Below are positions 37,901 to 50,810 of a stretch of 64,000 bases of DNA, piece by piece. The first letter of the stretch is position 1, and each line of letters starts with the position of its first letter. The notes beneath the pieces were generated by a model. The model searched no databases. It had not been told where the DNA came from and worked only from the letters and a program-made list of their open reading frames with translations. Location of the stretch: assembly GCF_030684315.1 (NCBI RefSeq), contig NC_081362.1, forward strand, positions 79,441,018-79,505,017, read 5' to 3'. Origin of the DNA: Stegostoma tigrinum (Eukaryota). Both the position numbers and the translations under genes were made by a program.

Positions 37901-38835
37901 AGTTCAATATTTTAAGTGTTGCTCTGTACAATCCAACAAAAGTTAGCTAATTATTTGTAGACAGAGGGGGAGAGACATATTCGATTGAATTTATTTAGTA
38001 CAATTCAGATATTTACCCTTGATTATTAGCGGATCCCTGCTTTTCATTTTGTAATGCACTGTTCCAAGACACATCTTATAAAGTATTTACAGTGTAGGAA
38101 CAGCTATTCAGCTTCACAGGCTCATGTCTGTCGTTTCTACATTTCATACAAACCTCTCATACTCCTTTCTGTCAGTAGATTCTTCTCTGCTTTTTTTTCC
38201 CTTGCACTTATCCACATGAATATATCTCTGGTCTTAGCCTTGACTCTTATCTGTGGAGCTAAGTCCCAAATTTTAAACACCTTTTTTGATAAAGAATTTT
38301 CTCCTTAATTCGCTATTGCATTTATTAAAGACAACTTTATTTATGGCATCTCATACTCTTTAACCTACAGAGAAAATTAGAATATTTTCCAATATCCATC
38401 TTTTCAAATCTTGTCAGATCATCCTGCAGTCTTCATTTCTCAAGGAAACAACCCAGCCCATTTTAATCTTTCCTGGCATTTGCAACTTATAAATTCTTCA
38501 TATTATGTTGGTAAATCACTGTATAGTTTCTCTTAAGCTTTATCTTTTTTAAAAAATAATTTTGGGGACCAAAACATGAGCCTCTGCATTTTGTGCAATC
38601 CACCACTGTGCACTATTGTCCCCTGACAGTGGAGCAAATCAGTGATAGTTATTTTGATCAAGCTTTTTGGATGTGTTTTGACAGATCTCTGTGGCCAGTG
38701 GGACTTGAACTTGAACCAGTGGCCCAGAGGTATGGGAGCACACCACTAACTATAGAAGAGATTTAACAAATTATATTTATTGTTGGACAGGGCAGCTTTG
38801 TAAAGATGATGAAATCCCAATTTACACTTTTCTTA

Positions 38836-38916
38836 GATGACAAGGTGTAGAGCTGGCTGAACACAGCAGGCCAAACAGCATCAGAGCAGCAGGAAAGCTG
38901 ACATTTCGGGTCTAGA
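38836..38916 (-). mobile_element. Older pLTR fragment interrupted within its hammerhead by a younger PLE; it resumes at 40206-40230
   Basis: ...gctgacatttcgggtctaga | insertion | atttcaggtcgagacacttcttca restores gacgtttcgggtctagacccttcttca. Confidence 0.7.
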
Positions 38917-40205
38917 TAATGGGAACTTCAGATGCTGGAGAATCCGAGATAACAAAGTGTGAAGCTGGATGAACGCAGCAGGCCAAGCAGCATCTTACGA
39001 GCACAAAAGCTGACGTTTCAGGCCTCGACCCGTCATCGGAGAAGGTTCTGAAATAAATAGGGAGGGAGGGGGAGGCGGACCGAAGATGGATAGAGGAGAA
39101 GATAGGTGGAGAGGAGACTACAGGTGGGGAGGTAGGGTGGGGATAGGTCAGTCTGAGGAGGATGGACAGGTCAAGGAGGCGGGATGAGGTTATTAGGTGG
39201 GAAATGGAGGTGCGGCCTGAGGTGGGAGGAAGGGATGGGTGAGAGGAAGGACAGGTTAGGGAGGCGGTGACAAGCTGGGCTGGTTTTGGGATGCAGTGGG
39301 GGAAGGGGAGATTTTGAAGCTTGTGATGTCCACATTGATACCATTGGGCTGCAGGGTTCCCAAGCGGAATATGAGTTGCTGTTCCTGCAACCTTCGGGTG
39401 GCATCATTATGGCACTGCAGAAGACCCAGATGGACATGTCGCCTAAGGAATGGGAGGGTGAGTTAAAATAGTTCACGACTGGGAGGTGCAGTTGTTTATT
39501 GCGAACAGCGCGGAGGTGTTCTGCAAAGCAGTCCCCAAGCCCCCCCAAAGTGTAGCACTTCCTGCGGTTGCAGGGGAAGGTGCTGGGTGTGGTGGGGTTG
39601 GAGGGGAGTGTGGAGCGGACAAGGAAGCCCCGGAGACAGTGGTCTGTCTGGAAGGCAGACAAGGGTGGGGATGGAAAAATGTCTTTAGTGGTGGAGTTGG
39701 GTTGTAGATGGTGGAACTGTTGGAGGATGATGCGTTGTATCTGGAGGTTGCTGGGGTGGTATGTGAGGACGAGGGGGATTCTGTTTTGGCGGTTATTGCA
39801 GGGGCGGGGTGTGAGGGATGTTTTGCAGGAAATGCAGGAGACACGGTCGAGGGTGTTCTCAACCACTGCGGGGGGGACATTACAGTCCTTGAAGAACGCG
39901 GACATCTGGGATGTGCGGGAGTGGATTGCCTCATCCTGGAAGCAGATGCGGCAGAGGCGAAGGAATTGGGAATAGGAGATGTAATTTTTGCAGGAGTGTG
40001 GTTGGGAGGAGGTGTATTCTAGGTGGCTGTGGGAGTCGGTGGGCTTGAAATGGGCATCAGTTTCACCTCCCCCTCCCCTACCTATTTATTTCAGAACCCT
40101 CTCCCCATCCGCCTCTCTGATGAAGGCTGTGGGCCCGAAACATCAGCTTTTGTGCTCCTGAGATGCTGCTTGGCCTGCTGTGTTCATCCAGCTTCACACT
40201 TTGTT
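38917..40205 (-). mobile_element. PLE family A copy (Neptune-like Cys linker) with an internal deletion of the GIY-YIG core and an inverted pLTR at the right end
   Basis: ORF 39171-39905: RIPLVLTYHP..PCNRRKCYT|LG..DCFAEHLR..HLPVVNYFNSPSHSL. Forward pLTR at ~40055-40205 with hammerhead 40117-40144. TSD atttc(g/a)ggtc(t/g)aga at 38903-38916 and 40206-40219. Confidence 0.9.
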
Positions 40206-40999
40206 ATTTCAGGTCGAGACACTTCTTCACGGGAGAAAAAAAATTCACACAAGTTTCTTAGTACTTTTGTTACCTCCAAAAAAAAATGGATACCATAGAC
40301 GAAAGGGAAAGAACTGATTCATCTTGGTCTGGAAGAAAGTATTTTTCCAATTATTCTTGTATATTCACATTGGGGTTTAATCAGCCTTTCTCCCAGGACA
40401 GCAGAAAAAGTACAGAAATAGTAATAATTGTAATCACAGCATGTACAATTATACTTGTTGCATATTGGATACAGACGCAATACGGATCCTTGTTACTGAC
40501 CAATTTATGTGGAACCAATTATAAAATTTGACGGAAGTCTTGGATGTGACGTAGATTGCATAAATTTGCACTTAGAACGACATCAGTTCTGATATACACA
40601 TGGATTCCATGCTTGGCTAGTGTAGAAATTATAGTTTAAGAAAATATTTCCATAAATTATATAATTGACCAGTTTTGACTGGTATATGGCTGGAAAACGT
40701 TGTACTGTATAAATGGGTGTTCTTTCATGGTAATGGAAAAGCATTCAGTTCAGTATTTGACATAATTTTGATCTCCTGAAGCAGGAGAAGTGTGTTATTT
40801 GGAAAAAATCAAAGTGGATTTCTTACCCTGTTGAAGGCAGCAAAGAAAACCACTAAGTTCAGCAAGGCCAGATGCTCAAACCTATTTCTATTAATTATAC
40901 GAGATAACTTGAAGCAGAAAAGTGTAATCCCATTGAGAAGCGCTATGTGCATACACAGTTTATATTTAGAGGAATTAAATTAGTTGCCTTCATTAAAAC

Positions 41000-41640
41000 A
41001 ATAGCTGCATTGATTATGAGAGGAATTGAGCAAAGAAGCAGGGATACTATGCCTCAGTTATATAGGGCATTTGTGAGACTACATGTGGTAGACTTTATAA
41101 TTTAGTCTCCTTGTTTAAGGAATAATGTAAATGTATTGGAAGCAGTTCACATGAGGTTTACTCAATTGACACTTGAAATGAGCAGGTAGTTTTATGAAGA
41201 GAGATTGCACAGATTGGGTTTGTTTTCAGCAGAGTTCAACAGAGCAAGTACTGAGTCATTTGAAGTTTATAAGGTCCTGAATGATAGTGATAAGATGAAC
41301 ATGAGAAGGATGTTTACTTTATGGATGACCCCACAACTTGGTGACAATGTTTTAAAATTGGTGGCTTCCTTTTTAGGAGAGAGAGGAGGGAAAATGTTTT
41401 CTGTCAAAAGCTTGCTGAGTTATGGACCGCTGCCTCAGAAGATGTTGGAAATAGGGTCAGTGAATATTTTTAAAGCAGGGGCAAACAGATTCTTTCTAGA
41501 TAAGGAAGCCACAGACTGTTGGGGATACATGGGAACGTGGAATTTGGAATACAAACCAATCAGCCATAATCTTACTGAATGGAAGAACAGGATTGAACTG
41601 ACAAATGGCCGATTTCTGCTCATAGTTCTTGTGTTTGTAG
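41000..41640 (+). mobile_element. Decayed CR1 ORF2 3' fragment
   Basis: RGIEQRSRDTMPQLYRAFVR..; RLGLFS.E..; NIFKAGANRFFLDK. Confidence 0.75.
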
Positions 41641-41919
41641 GCCCAGGCAGAGGCCAAACTCAAACAGTAGAAGAAGCTGTAAAAACCCAAACATCCCTTG
41701 CTCCTTTCTTTGCCTACTTCACTTGCCCATTTGTGGTCGGGTGTTCAAATCCAGTATTGAACTGTTTAGTCACCTCAGGACTCTCAATTCTCGAATGGAA
41801 CAGATTCATCACCTATTCAAATACTCGTTTCCTCTTCCTTAGGCAGTCCTTTGATGCAATCAAATTGTTTTTACTAGAAGAAGCACACTACTCAAATGAC
41901 CCAGTATGATTCATAGACA

Positions 41920-42089
41920 AGGTGTAGAGCTGGATGAACACAGCAGGCCAAGCAGCATCACAGGAGCGGGAAGGCTGACGTTTCGTCAGGCTGCCTGCTC
42001 CTCTGTTGTTACTTGGCCTGTTATGTTCGTCAGCTGTACACCTTCTTATCTCAGATTCTCCATCATCTGCAGTTCCTACTATCTCTGAA
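41920..42089. mobile_element. Older fold-back PLE pLTR unit
   Basis: Arms meet at gctgacgtttcgtcagg; TSD atgat(t/g)catagaca at 41906-41919 and 42090-42103. Confidence 0.85.
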
Positions 42090-42218
42090 ATGATGCATAG
42101 ACAGACTGGTTCTCTATATGCTTATTAGGGCGCAGCTGTGAAAATGTTGCCTATTGAAACACTTGTACATAAATTTATTTCCGGGCATTAAAAAGTGTTC
42201 CCAAGCAGGGCAAATAAT

Positions 42219-42470
42219 TGGTTAGCTCTGCCACCTGTCAACATTTAGGGACCTGGGTTCAATTCCTCGGACAACTGTCTGTGTAAAGTCTTCACGCTCT
42301 CCTTGTGTCTGCATGGTTTCCTCCAGGTGCTCTGATTTCTTCCCACAGTCCAAAGTTGTGCAGTTTAGATGGATTAAGCATGCAAAATTTCCTGTAGTGT
42401 CAGCAGATGTGCAGGCTAGTGGATTAACCGTGGAAAATGCAGGGTTACAGCCATAGGGTAGGGAAAGCAC
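42219..42470 (+). mobile_element. HE1-like V-SINE, partial
   Basis: gggacctgggttcaattcctc B box and gtgtctgcatggtttcctccaggtgctctgatttcttcccacagtccaaag V-domain. Confidence 0.75.
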
Positions 42471-43113
42471 AGACTTGATGTTTTACTTACTCCTGGTCAC
42501 TTAGAGGATGTATTTTGTTTGGCAGAGCAGATTTATGTTCTCTTCCATTCAGAAAATCTGCATTCGTCAATCTTGAGACTTCTGGTTCAGATTGACAATA
42601 AGGCACGGTTTGCATTTGTCCTTGTCCCTTGGCATTTCACAAGGGTTTCTTTGATCATCTGGATGTCTTTGTGCCCCTGTGGGTAGTGTAGTGAGGAGGT
42701 AATGCTGTTGAACCCATAGTTGGCGTGTGTGTACATGTATGTACTGGCACAGTGAGAGACGCGGTTGATTGACTTCACAGTTAAGACCAGTTGTGTGGAC
42801 CAAGTATCATCAGCATGGCAACAACTCTCTGACTTCTGAGCAGGTGAATAATACAGAAGCAGAAGGTCTACATCCAACAAGAGATAGCAATTTTCTCTCT
42901 GTCTCTCCAGTGAAGTAATTGAGAACTGAAGGGTAGCTAATCTATCGTACCATTTGCAATGAACTCTTCCATCTAACCTATGACTGAAAGACTGAGCAGT
43001 CAATGGGTCAACTGCCCTGTATTTTCAGCCATGAACTGTAAGGATCTGCAAATAAGGAAATCCCAGATCAATAGGACTTGGAACAAGCCAAAGGGACTTC
43101 ATTACATTCTGTG

Positions 43114-43329
43114 ATAACAAGGTGCAGAGCTGGATGAACACAGCAGGCCAAGCAGCATCGTAGGAGAAGGAAGGCTGACGTTTCGGGCCTAGACCCTTCT
43201 TCAGATGAAGGTCTAGGCCCGAAACATCAGCCTTCCTGCTCCTGAGATGCTGCTTGGCCTGCTGTGTTCATCCAGCTCCACACTTTGGTATCTCGGATTC
43301 TCCAGCGTCTGCAGTTCCCATTATCTCTG
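43114..43329. mobile_element. Fold-back PLE pLTR unit with an intact minus-strand hammerhead at 43177-43204
   Basis: Minus strand reads CTGAAGA-A-GGGTCTAGGCCC-GAAA-CGTC; TSD att(a/g)cattctgtg at 43101-43113 and 43330-43342. Confidence 0.9.
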
Positions 43330-43792
43330 ATTGCATTCTGTGGACTGGTGCTGTTGTAATTGTTTCCCTGGTATCTTTTCCTCTGTCCATGTCATCCATG
43401 TTTGTTTGTGTGCCGGTATGTATATGTGGTGTTTTAGGAGGCGTTTGAGTTTCGGCCAGTAGCGTTGTATGTTGATAATTCATATCTTCACTTGCCTGTG
43501 ATAATCTTTATTTGTAACAAATAGAGTTCATGTTAAGTACAGAAAGCTGGTCAATGTTTGCTGTTAACTCCAATCCATCAGGCAGATAAACTGAGGATTT
43601 CTGAGTAATTGGATTGAATCTTTATTTTTGTGATAATCTCTAGTAGTGCAGCTGAAGTATCAGTTCACTTTGTCAAATGGGTTGTTATGGTCATACTCTG
43701 TAGATTTTTTTTTAAGTCTGTTCGAGTGATGTGACCATTTCTGGCAAGGCCAGTGTTTATTGTCCATTCCTGATTGTCCAAGGGAAATTAAG

Positions 43793-46700
43793 ACCATAAG
43801 ACCATCAGACATAGGAGCATAAATTAGGTCATTCGGCCCATTGAGTCTGCTCCACCATTTGTTCACGGCTAATAAGTTCCTCAACCCCATTCACCCATTT
43901 TATCCCTGTAACTCTTGATCCCATTGATTATCAAGAACCTATCCATCTCAGTCTTAAATATACTCAATGATTTGGCCTCCACAGCCTTCTGCGGCAGTGA
44001 ATTCCGTAGATTCATCACTCTGTCTGAAGAAGTTTCCCTTTATCTCTGTCCTAAAAGCTCTTCTCTTTACTTTAAGGCTGTGCCCTCGGGTCCTAGACTC
44101 TCCTACCAATGGAAACATCTTCCCAACAGCCACTTTGTCCAGACCATTCAGTATTCTGAAAGTTTCAATTAGATTCCCCCCTCACCCTTCTAAACACCAA
44201 TGAGTATAGTCCCAAAGTCCTCAAACGTTCCTCGTATATTAAGCTTTCCATTCCTGGGACCATTCTCATGAACCTCCTCTGAACCCGCTCCAGAGCCAAT
44301 ATGTCCTTCCTGAGATGTGGTGTGCAAAAATGCATGCAATACTCCAAATGTGGCCTGACCAGAACCTTATACAGCCCCAGTAGTACGTCCCTGCTTTTAT
44401 ATTCAAGTCCTCTCAAAATAAATGCCAACATTGCATTTGCCCTCCTGACAACTGACTCAACCTCCAGGTTTACCTTGAGACAATCCTGGACGAGAATTCC
44501 CAAGTCTCTTTGCACTTCAGACTTCTGAATTTTCTCCTCATTTAGAAAATAGCCCATGCTTTTATTCTTACCAAAGTGCATGACTTCATACTTTCCCACA
44601 TTGTACTCCATCTACCACTTCTTTGCCCACTTTCCTAACCTGTCCAAATTCTTCTGAAGCCTTGCCACCTCCTCGGTACTACCTGTCCATCCACCTACCT
44701 TTGTATCATCTGCACGTTTAATCAGAATGCCCACAGTTCCTTCATCAAGACCAGTCATGTACAAAGTGAGAAGTTGTGGCTCCAGCGCTGAACCTTGCAG
44801 AACACCACTCGTCACGAGCCGTCATCCTGAGAAAGACCCCTTTACCCCCACTCTCTGCTTTCTGCCAGGCAGCCAATCTTCTATCCATGCTAGCGCCTTG
44901 CCTGTAACAGCATGGGATCTTTATCTTACTCAGCACTCTCCTGTGTGGAACCTTATCCAAAGGCTTTCTTGAAGTCCAGGTAGATTACATCCATTGGCTC
45001 TCCTTGGTCTACTCTGCTCATTATTTCCTCTAAGAATTCTAGCAGATTTATCAGGCATGACCTCCCCTTGATGAAACCACGCTGATTTTGCGCTATTTTG
45101 CTATACACTTCCAAGTATTCAGAAATCTCATCCTTTACAATGGACTCCAAAATCTCACCCATGACCGAGGTTAGGCTAATTTTCCTGTAATTTTCCGTCT
45201 TTTGCCTTACTCCCTTTATAATCAGGGGTGTCACGTTAGCGATTTTCCAATCCTCTGGGACCCTCCCTGACTCTAGTGATTCCTGAAAGATCACCACGAA
45301 TGCTTCCACTATCTCTTCAACTATCTCCTTTAGAACTCTGGGGTGTAGTCCATCTGATCCAGGTGATTTGTCCATCTTCAGGCCAATCACTTTCACTAGC
45401 TCCTTTTCCTTGGGCGATGGCCACTATACTCGGCTCTGCCCCCTGACTTTCTTGAAGTTTTGGGATTTTATTCATATCTTCCACCATGAAGACTGATGCG
45501 AAGTATTTATTCAGTTCCTCAGCCATTTCCTTGTTCTCCACTACTATCTCTCTACTGTCATTTTCCGGTGGTCCAGTGTCCATTTTTGCTTCTCTTTTGC
45601 CCTTTATATACCTAAAGAAACTCTTACGGCCATCATTTATATTATTGGCTGGTTTACCCTTCTATTTAACCTTCTTCCTCCTTATTTTTTTTTGTTGTCC
45701 TCTGTTGATCTTTGTAAGCTTGCCAGTCCTCTGGTTTCACACTGCCCTTCACGACATTAGAAACTTTATCTTTTCCTTTTATGCTATCCCTGTCTTCCTT
45801 TGTCAGCCATGGTTGCCTCATCCTCCTTGTACCATGTTTCTTTTTGCTAGGGATGAATTTTTGCCGCATCTCCTGAAATACTCCCAGAAACTCCTGCCAT
45901 TGCTGTTCCACTGTCTTTGCTGCTCAGCTCCTTTTCCAGTCATTTCTGCCCAGGTCCTCCCTCGTACCTCTGTAGTCGCCTTCATTTCAGCTGTAACACC
46001 ATTGCCTTTAATTCTATCTTCTCCTGCTCAAATTGCAGAGCAAATTCAATCATATTATGATCACTGCCTCCTCTAGGATTCTTTTACCTTCAGCTCCCTT
46101 ATCAAGTCTGCCTCATTGCACAACACTAAATCCAGTATTGGCTGTTCCCTTCTGAGCTCCACCGTGAGCTGTTCCAAAAGCTGTTCCATCTCATAGACAT
46201 TCCACAAACCCCTTTTGCTTGCAATCCACTACCAACATGATTTTCCCAGGCCACCTGCATATTGAAATTCCCCATGATCACTGTGACTTTGCCTTTCTTA
46301 CACACCTTTTCTATCTCCTGGTGTATCTTGCGCCCCAGCTCCTAACTACTGTTTGGAGGCCTGTACACGACCCCAAATATAGGTTTTTTTTTTACCTTTT
46401 GCGGTTCCTCAGCTCTACCCCCGCAGATTCTACACCATCTGACCTAACTTGTTTCTTCCTATTGATTTTATTTCATTTCCCACTGATAAAGCAACCCAAC
46501 CCTCTCGGCCCACCTGCCTATCTTTTTGATAGGCTGTATATCCTTGCATATTCGGTTCCCAATCCTGATTCCCTTATAGCCACATCTTCGTGATGCCTAC
46601 CATGTCTGCCCTGCCAGTTTCGATCTGTGCCACAAGCTCATTTACCTTATTCCTTACACTGCATGCATTTAGATATAACACCTTCAGTCCTGTATTAACC

Positions 46701-47770
46701 CTCCCTCTTCACATTTTCATTCATTTTTCTAGTGTTTGATTAGTAGCCTTTTCCAAACACTCTGTCCTATTTATGTCTGTGCTGGAGATGTGAAAAACTT
46801 CTCTTGAATTCTGTTTCCCTGTCATTTCTTTCATATTGTTCCACTTAGATGAATCCACCACTATAGGTATTGACCTGCTGCTTCGTTTCCCACCAGGACA
46901 AGTTTCACCATTCCTTCCCACACCCCATTTTCTAGCTTGAAGTCCTGTGGACCAGCCTATTTACCCTTTTCGCTAGAAGATTGGTCCCAGCTCGATTCAG
47001 GTGGAGGCTGTCCCCACAGTACAGATCCCTCCTGTTCCAATACTGATGCCAGTGGCCCATGAAATGGAACCCCTCTTTCCCACACCATTCTTTTAGCCAC
47101 ATGTTTACTTCCCTTAATCTCATGACACTATGCCAATTAGCACGTGGTTCGGGTGGTAATCCGGAGATTATAACCCCTGAGGACCTGTTCTTTAATTTGG
47201 TTCCTAGCTCTTGCTAATGTCTGAACAGGTCCTCTTTCCTAGTCTTGCCTATGTAGTTTGTTCTGGCGTGGACCAGAACAACTGGCTTCCCCCCACCCCC
47301 CAAACCTCCTACTCCAATATCCTTTCCAACCAGTTAGAGATATTCCTTATCCTGGAACTGGGCTGGTAGCACACCATGTGGGACTCTCGATCCCACTTAC
47401 AAAGGATACTGTCTATCCCCCTACTTATAGAATCCCGTACAACTACCTCCTGTCTTTTTGCCCCCCACTCTTGAATGGCCTCCTGTACCACTGTTCAGTG
47501 ATCAGTAGGCTCATTGTCTCTGCGTCCCTTTTCCACATCCACACAGGGTCCAAGTACCTCGTACCTGTTGGACAAGGTCAAGAGCTGAGGCTCTTGTGTT
47601 CCTGACTGCACGATCCCTCAACCTGCCTCACATACAACCTGCTGTCCCTGGCCACTGACCAAGTTGGAATTACCTAATCTACCAGGTGTGACTGCCTCCT
47701 GAAACAAAGTGTCCAGGTACTTCTCCCTCTCCTGGATGTGTTGCAATGTTTGAAGCTCTGATTCCAGCTC
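43793..47770 (-). mobile_element. Near full-length but frameshifted CR1 LINE (ORF1 with SGNH esterase; ORF2 endonuclease and RT)
   Basis: ORF1: ELESELQTLQHIQE.EKYLD, VVVRDSISRGIDSILC, VNMWLKEWCGKEGFHFMGHWHQYW..DSLHLNRAGT. ORF2: KSPGSDGLHPRVLKE, PEDWKIANVTP, SCLINLLEF, DVIYLDFKKAF, ADDTK. Tail (taagacca)n. Confidence 0.93.
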
Positions 47771-48399
47771 ATTTTCATTTCATAAGCTCTAATTTTTTTT
47801 TCACAAGTCAATTGAGTGGCACGTTGTTGTGCACCTTCTGGAAGTCCACATGATCACATCAACTGCATTGTCTTCATCAACCCTTTCACTTAGCTCTTCA
47901 GTAAAATCTGGGCCATAGTTGTTGTGGGGAAATTAGGGAAGTCAATGGTGGGAATTTAGAGGCAGCATGCTGAAATACAGAGGAGAACATAACACAATGC
48001 TACCACTAAGTTGTAGGTTCGTGGGTCAGAAAATAATGCTGGGAGGTGAAGTTGTAGTGCAAAGATGTGAATAGGAACGTATGTAAGCTCATTACTGATG
48101 GACTTGATGGAGTACACCAGGAAGAAAGAAACATGGCAAAACAGGGCTGAACCTGTGACTAATTGCACCAAGCATGACCTGTGTTGCCTACCATACTCGC
48201 AGAAATCACAAATTTGCCCTGGAAATAGAAAGTGGCTGTGACTACCTCCTGAATTAGTGGATTTAAGTCTGAGTAATTGCATTAATCAGCACTTTCATAA
48301 TACAAATTGAAACCCCTATCCAGCTGTGTGTGATATAAATTCTGGTAGCATGCAATCTTGGCCAAGCTACTGGTCAATGCACATGGAAGATAGTCATAT

Positions 48400-49150
48400 C
48401 TGTGAAGCAGAAGTAGTCACAGGCAGCCTTAAAAGTGACAACCATGGACCACTCATTGTTCACAAACAGTCCAAGATTTCATTGGCTGCATAAGGGCATA
48501 GAGTGGGCAAGGTATCAGTAATCATGCAGCCAATAAAATCTCCTACTATATCTGTGTGACGTGGCTTATGATGCATTCATCAGAATCAGGTTTCTATGCC
48601 AGAGGTGTACATAGAGTAATTTCATGGCCTTTCTTGCCAGAGTCCTCCATGCCCATTGTATGGAGGAATATGCAAAACTGATGAGTACTGGATCTCTTAC
48701 AAAGATGGTTACTGGGAAATGAGGGCTACCTTCTGCAAGCATGGTTGATTACTCCATTACGTAACTCCATGACTGAGGCTGAGTACAGGTACAAAGCAAC
48801 TCATTCTTCAACCAAGGTCATTGTGGAATAGACAAGAGGCCTGCTGATGTTATGCTTTCAATGCTTGGATGGGCCTGGGCTCAGGGCATGCCATGCAGTA
48901 CAGTCCAGAAAGTGTGCTGCATAATTCTAGCATGTTGTGCTCTGAGCAATTGAAGCAAGCAAAGAGGGAATGTGATGGTCTCTGAAGAGCTGGGAGAGAA
49001 TGAGCTGTCTTTCAAGGAGGAAGATGAGAACATTAAGCATGAGGAACATACTTAGTGCAACAAGGCAGGTAGGTCTTAACTGACAGCCAAATCCAATAGA
49101 CATGAGCTGGGTGCAATGATCACTCATTAGTGAATTTGTTATGCTTGAAA
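48400..49150 (+). mobile_element. PIF/Harbinger transposase relic (HARBI1-like DDE C-terminal half)
   Basis: From 48706 it reads WLLGNEGYLLQAWLITPLRNSMTEAEYRYKATHSSTKVIVE*TRGLLMLCFQCLD, then after frameshifts MQYSPE/VCCIILACCALSN and an acidic stretch. This matches the Harbinger motif series GD.GY..WL.TP..YN..H...R..VE..GLLK.RF.CL..YSP.KV..II.ACC.LHN. Confidence 0.82.
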
Positions 49151-50379
49151 GACCATTGATCCAGTCGGTTTTCCGAGAAGCAAATGTAAGTTTTGTTTGT
49201 TTTTGTTCACATTTGCTGTTGCTGAATAAAAGTAATGGTTTTCAGTCATTTGAAAGCTTTCCAGAATGTAATGATCCCACATTGAAAATGAGAAGATGTT
49301 ACACGTGGCACTGGGGAAAGAATAGTATTACCGTAGATAGAGTGAGGCAGGATGATGCTAAGGTTGGGTACCTATGTGATCAAATCATATTACCTCTACA
49401 AATGTGCACTTGTATTTCTAATGCACTGTCAGTGTGTCAATTTTGTATCCTGAGAAGGCTTTCATTTTGTTACTTGCCACAATGTCCACAGTGAAGGACA
49501 CCTGGCAGGCAGTGCTTGTCTGTATACACCTCTGGTCTTTAAAAATGGTTTTAACACCGAAGTGCTGGAAATTGCATGTCTTTTCACCTGTTGCAAATAG
49601 TAAGATAGGATCAATGGGGTGACATAGAGACCTGATGCATTGGTATTCTGATGAGTTTTGGAAAATAACATGAGAAATCTCACTATGGCTCACATTTTAA
49701 AATCACACGTTATAGTTAGCTGCTTTCTGGTGAACGTTCAGCCAAGGCCTAAGCTCAGGATCTTGTCTGAAGTGCGATAATGTTAATAGCATGGATAATT
49801 CGGAATTCACCCTGAAAAATTGAGGTATTTTTGTAATCGTTCATAAATTATATTTTGGTGCACAGAAATAGCAATACTGAACCTTGCTGCTCAAAAGCCA
49901 ACGCTTCTATTTAAATAACTTTATGAAATGTCTGTTCATATAAAATTTATGCAAAAATGTTTTCATGAAAAATTCACTGTGGATGGATTATTTGGGAACT
50001 AAGCAATGTGGGCAATGAGAAATGTGGCAGAATCACTTCAAGCCTGGAGAGGCCTATCTCGATGTTGAGTGCAACTTGCTGCTTCTTTTAGCTAAATTCC
50101 AGATGTCAAAACTAGAGAGTTATGATTTGCCAATTAAAGGGGCTACAGCTTGTTAACAACCTTATTAATTGCACATATCACCTTATTAATATGCAACTTC
50201 TTTTTCTATTGCCCACCATGAGTAAGCCAGATGCTGAGAATTCTTGACATGGAGAACAGGTACCTGTCACTCCAACTCACTGTTTGCTGTAAAGGACCTC
50301 CACTTTGGAGACTAGACACCAACATCCCTGTGTACTGTTCATGGGCACCCAGCAACGTACCCCACATCCATCCACATTG

Positions 50380-50810
50380 GCATTCTTTCATATGACACCC
50401 TGTAGATTAAGGTTTAAGCCCATCATCCAAAAAGTTCATGTGTTGTCCAATTCTCTTCTTGATGTGCAGAGTCTTACACTTGTCTGCATTAAATTAATTT
50501 ACTGTTGTTTATTTGGCCCTCTCACATTTTGATGAGCCCATTCTGTAACTCCACTGCTTTGCTGGTCTGCTGCTGGTATCATCTGCAAGTTTGGCTAGTT
50601 GCATTGAGCTTATGGATCGAAGTTACTGATCCAAATTTGAAGCAGCAGTAATCTTAATCCTGAACCCAGGTGCACACCGCTCTTAACATTGTCCCTACAA
50701 AACAGTACCTGTGTTTTCTCACCTCTGCTTCCAGATTATTCTTTGTGCCAAAAATTCCATAAATCTGAGATTTTCAGTTGCCCTTGAACTTTATCAAATG
50801 CCTTTTGGAA
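50380..50810 (-). mobile_element. Ancient CR1-group RT fragment
   Basis: Minus strand SGVHLGS (degenerate SGVPQGS) and AKLADDT. Confidence 0.55.

Noticed and set aside
40480-40712. Tc1/mariner (Tigger-like) MITE ending in tactgta; similar hints at ~3125 and ~5388
   Set aside because: I could not identify matching TIRs at both ends.
41205-41909. 234-aa ORF as a host gene
   Set aside because: Its first half is decayed CR1 ORF2/3' UTR read through into unrelated sequence; it has a non-ATG start and no domain coherence.
45486-46076. 196-aa + strand ORF, and similar ones at 56977-57492 and 39568-39975
   Set aside because: These are antisense shadows of LINE or PLE ORFs.
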